DNA from: Pseudomonadota bacterium | Lineage (GTDB): Bacteria > Pseudomonadota > Gammaproteobacteria > Thiohalomonadales > Thiohalomonadaceae | Direction of reading: 5' to 3' | Assembly (NCBI GenBank): GCA_046484535.1 | Contig: JAWOIT010000090.1 | Coordinates: forward strand, 190-64,189 | DNA length: 64,000 bases | In this document: positions 63,194 to 64,000 of the stretch, piece by piece | Position numbering within the stretch: the stretch's first letter is position 1 | Layout of the letters: each line of letters begins with the position of its first letter | Position numbers and translations under genes: made by a program | The notes under the pieces: generated by a model | Told to the model about the DNA's origin: nothing | Database searches by the model: none | What the model saw: only the letters and a program-made list of their open reading frames with translations

Positions 63194-64000
63194 TTGGGTA
63201 ACAGAACACCGCTTTACGAGGCACATGTGGCGCAGGGCGCCCGGATTGTCGATTTTGCCGGCTGGGAGATGCCGATCCACTACGGCTCGCAGATCGAGGA
63301 GCATCATCAGGTGCGCCGGGATGCCGGCATGTTTGATGTCTCGCATATGTGTGTGGTCGATCTGCGCGGCGCCAAGACCCGGGACTTTCTGCGGTATCTG
63401 ATGGCCAACGATGTGGCCAAAACCGATGCCCGGCCGGGCAAGGCGCTCTATAGTTGCATGCTCAACCCCCGTGGCGGGGTGATCGATGATCTCATCATCT
63501 ACCATATGAGCAGTGTCTGGTATCGGCTGGTGGTCAATGCCGGTACCCGGGAAAAGGACGTCGCCTGGCTGGCGCGGCACGCCGCCTCCTTTGGTGTGGA
63601 GATAGAGGTCCGTACCGATCTGGCGCTTATCGCGGTGCAGGGCCCCAAGGGGCGGGAGAAGGTCCATCAGGTACTGGGTGACCGGGCGGGTGATGCGAGC
63701 CGGTTGTCGCGCTTCTATGCCGTCGAGAGCGGCCGGCTCTTTATTGCACGTACCGGCTACACCGGCGAGGACGGTTATGAGATCATGCTGCCCGAAGAGA
63801 TGGCGGAGGACTACTGGCATGCCCTGCAGGGGGCCGGTGTGAAACCCTGCGGTCTGGGGGCGCGTGATACGCTCCGTCTGGAGGCGGGAATGAACCTCTA
63901 CGGTCAGGACATGACCGAGGATACCTCGCCGCTGGTATCCGGGCTCGGCTGGACCGTTGCCTGGCAGCCTGAGGACCGGCGGTTTGTCGGCCGTGAGGTG
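63194..64000 (+). CDS. gcvT: Glycine cleavage system aminomethyltransferase (T protein), 3' end outside the window
   Basis: Not in the ORF track because there is no stop in the window. TTG 63194 has AGGAGAG upstream. My translation is [51 protein letters not shown], and the frame is open to nt 64000. Confidence 0.92.
   Translation, partial: MGNRTPLYEAHVAQGARIVDFAGWEMPIHYGSQIEEHHQVRRDAGMFDVSHMCVVDLRGAKTRDFLRYLMANDVAKTDARPGKALYSCMLNPRGGVIDDLIIYHMSSVWYRLVVNAGTREKDVAWLARHAASFGVEIEVRTDLALIAVQGPKGREKVHQVLGDRAGDASRLSRFYAVESGRLFIARTGYTGEDGYEIMLPEEMAEDYWHALQGAGVKPCGLGARDTLRLEAGMNLYGQDMTEDTSPLVSGLGWTVAWQPEDRRFVGREV

Noticed and set aside
63167-63820. 217-aa minus-strand ORF
   Set aside because: It is antisense to gcvT. 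The plus-strand frame translates into a textbook T-protein N-terminus and stays open to the window end.

Overview
This is a 64-kb chromosomal window from a GC-rich Gram-negative bacterium, most likely a gammaproteobacterium. The core gene order (rpe-gph-trpE, trpG..trpD-trpC-crp-osmC-speD-coq7, rplM-rpsI, rpiA/ilvA, 5-FCL-ssrS-zapA, ygfB-pepP-ubiH-ubiI, lipA-gcvT) is the one I know from Pseudomonas-like genomes. The species cannot be named from the sequence alone. The left 10 kb is different. After the 3' end of a large FG-GAP/cadherin-type adhesin gene comes a visibly lower-GC accessory segment (about 2.6-10.4 kb). It holds a Cys-rich secreted mini-protein, a decayed binding-protein fragment and a small secreted protein. 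It also holds a divergent three-gene cassette: a Ser/Thr-rich 397-aa protein facing a PNP/MTA-nucleosidase-fold protein plus a six-unit beta-repeat protein. A LysR regulator and another unknown gene lie next to it. This cassette is my best candidate for an undescribed effector/defence or toxin system. A copL-copA-copB-type copper-resistance cluster with a dihaem cytochrome c follows. RNA and regulatory elements supported by the sequence are 6S RNA (ssrS), a tandem glycine riboswitch with terminator placed ahead of lipA-gcvT, an FNR/Dnr-type box ahead of nnrS, several intrinsic terminators, and a candidate sRNA or leader upstream of rplM. The window is unusually repeat-rich. Three REP/REPIN-like families fill nearly every intergenic gap of the rpe-trp region and bracket an MFS gene wedged between trpG and trpD. 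Two long octanucleotide tandem arrays, with GGG tracts on opposite strands, sit between an ABC-2 exporter operon and rplM. I found no tRNA, rRNA, CRISPR array, transposase or integrase gene. All family assignments come from motif recognition by eye, not from database searches.
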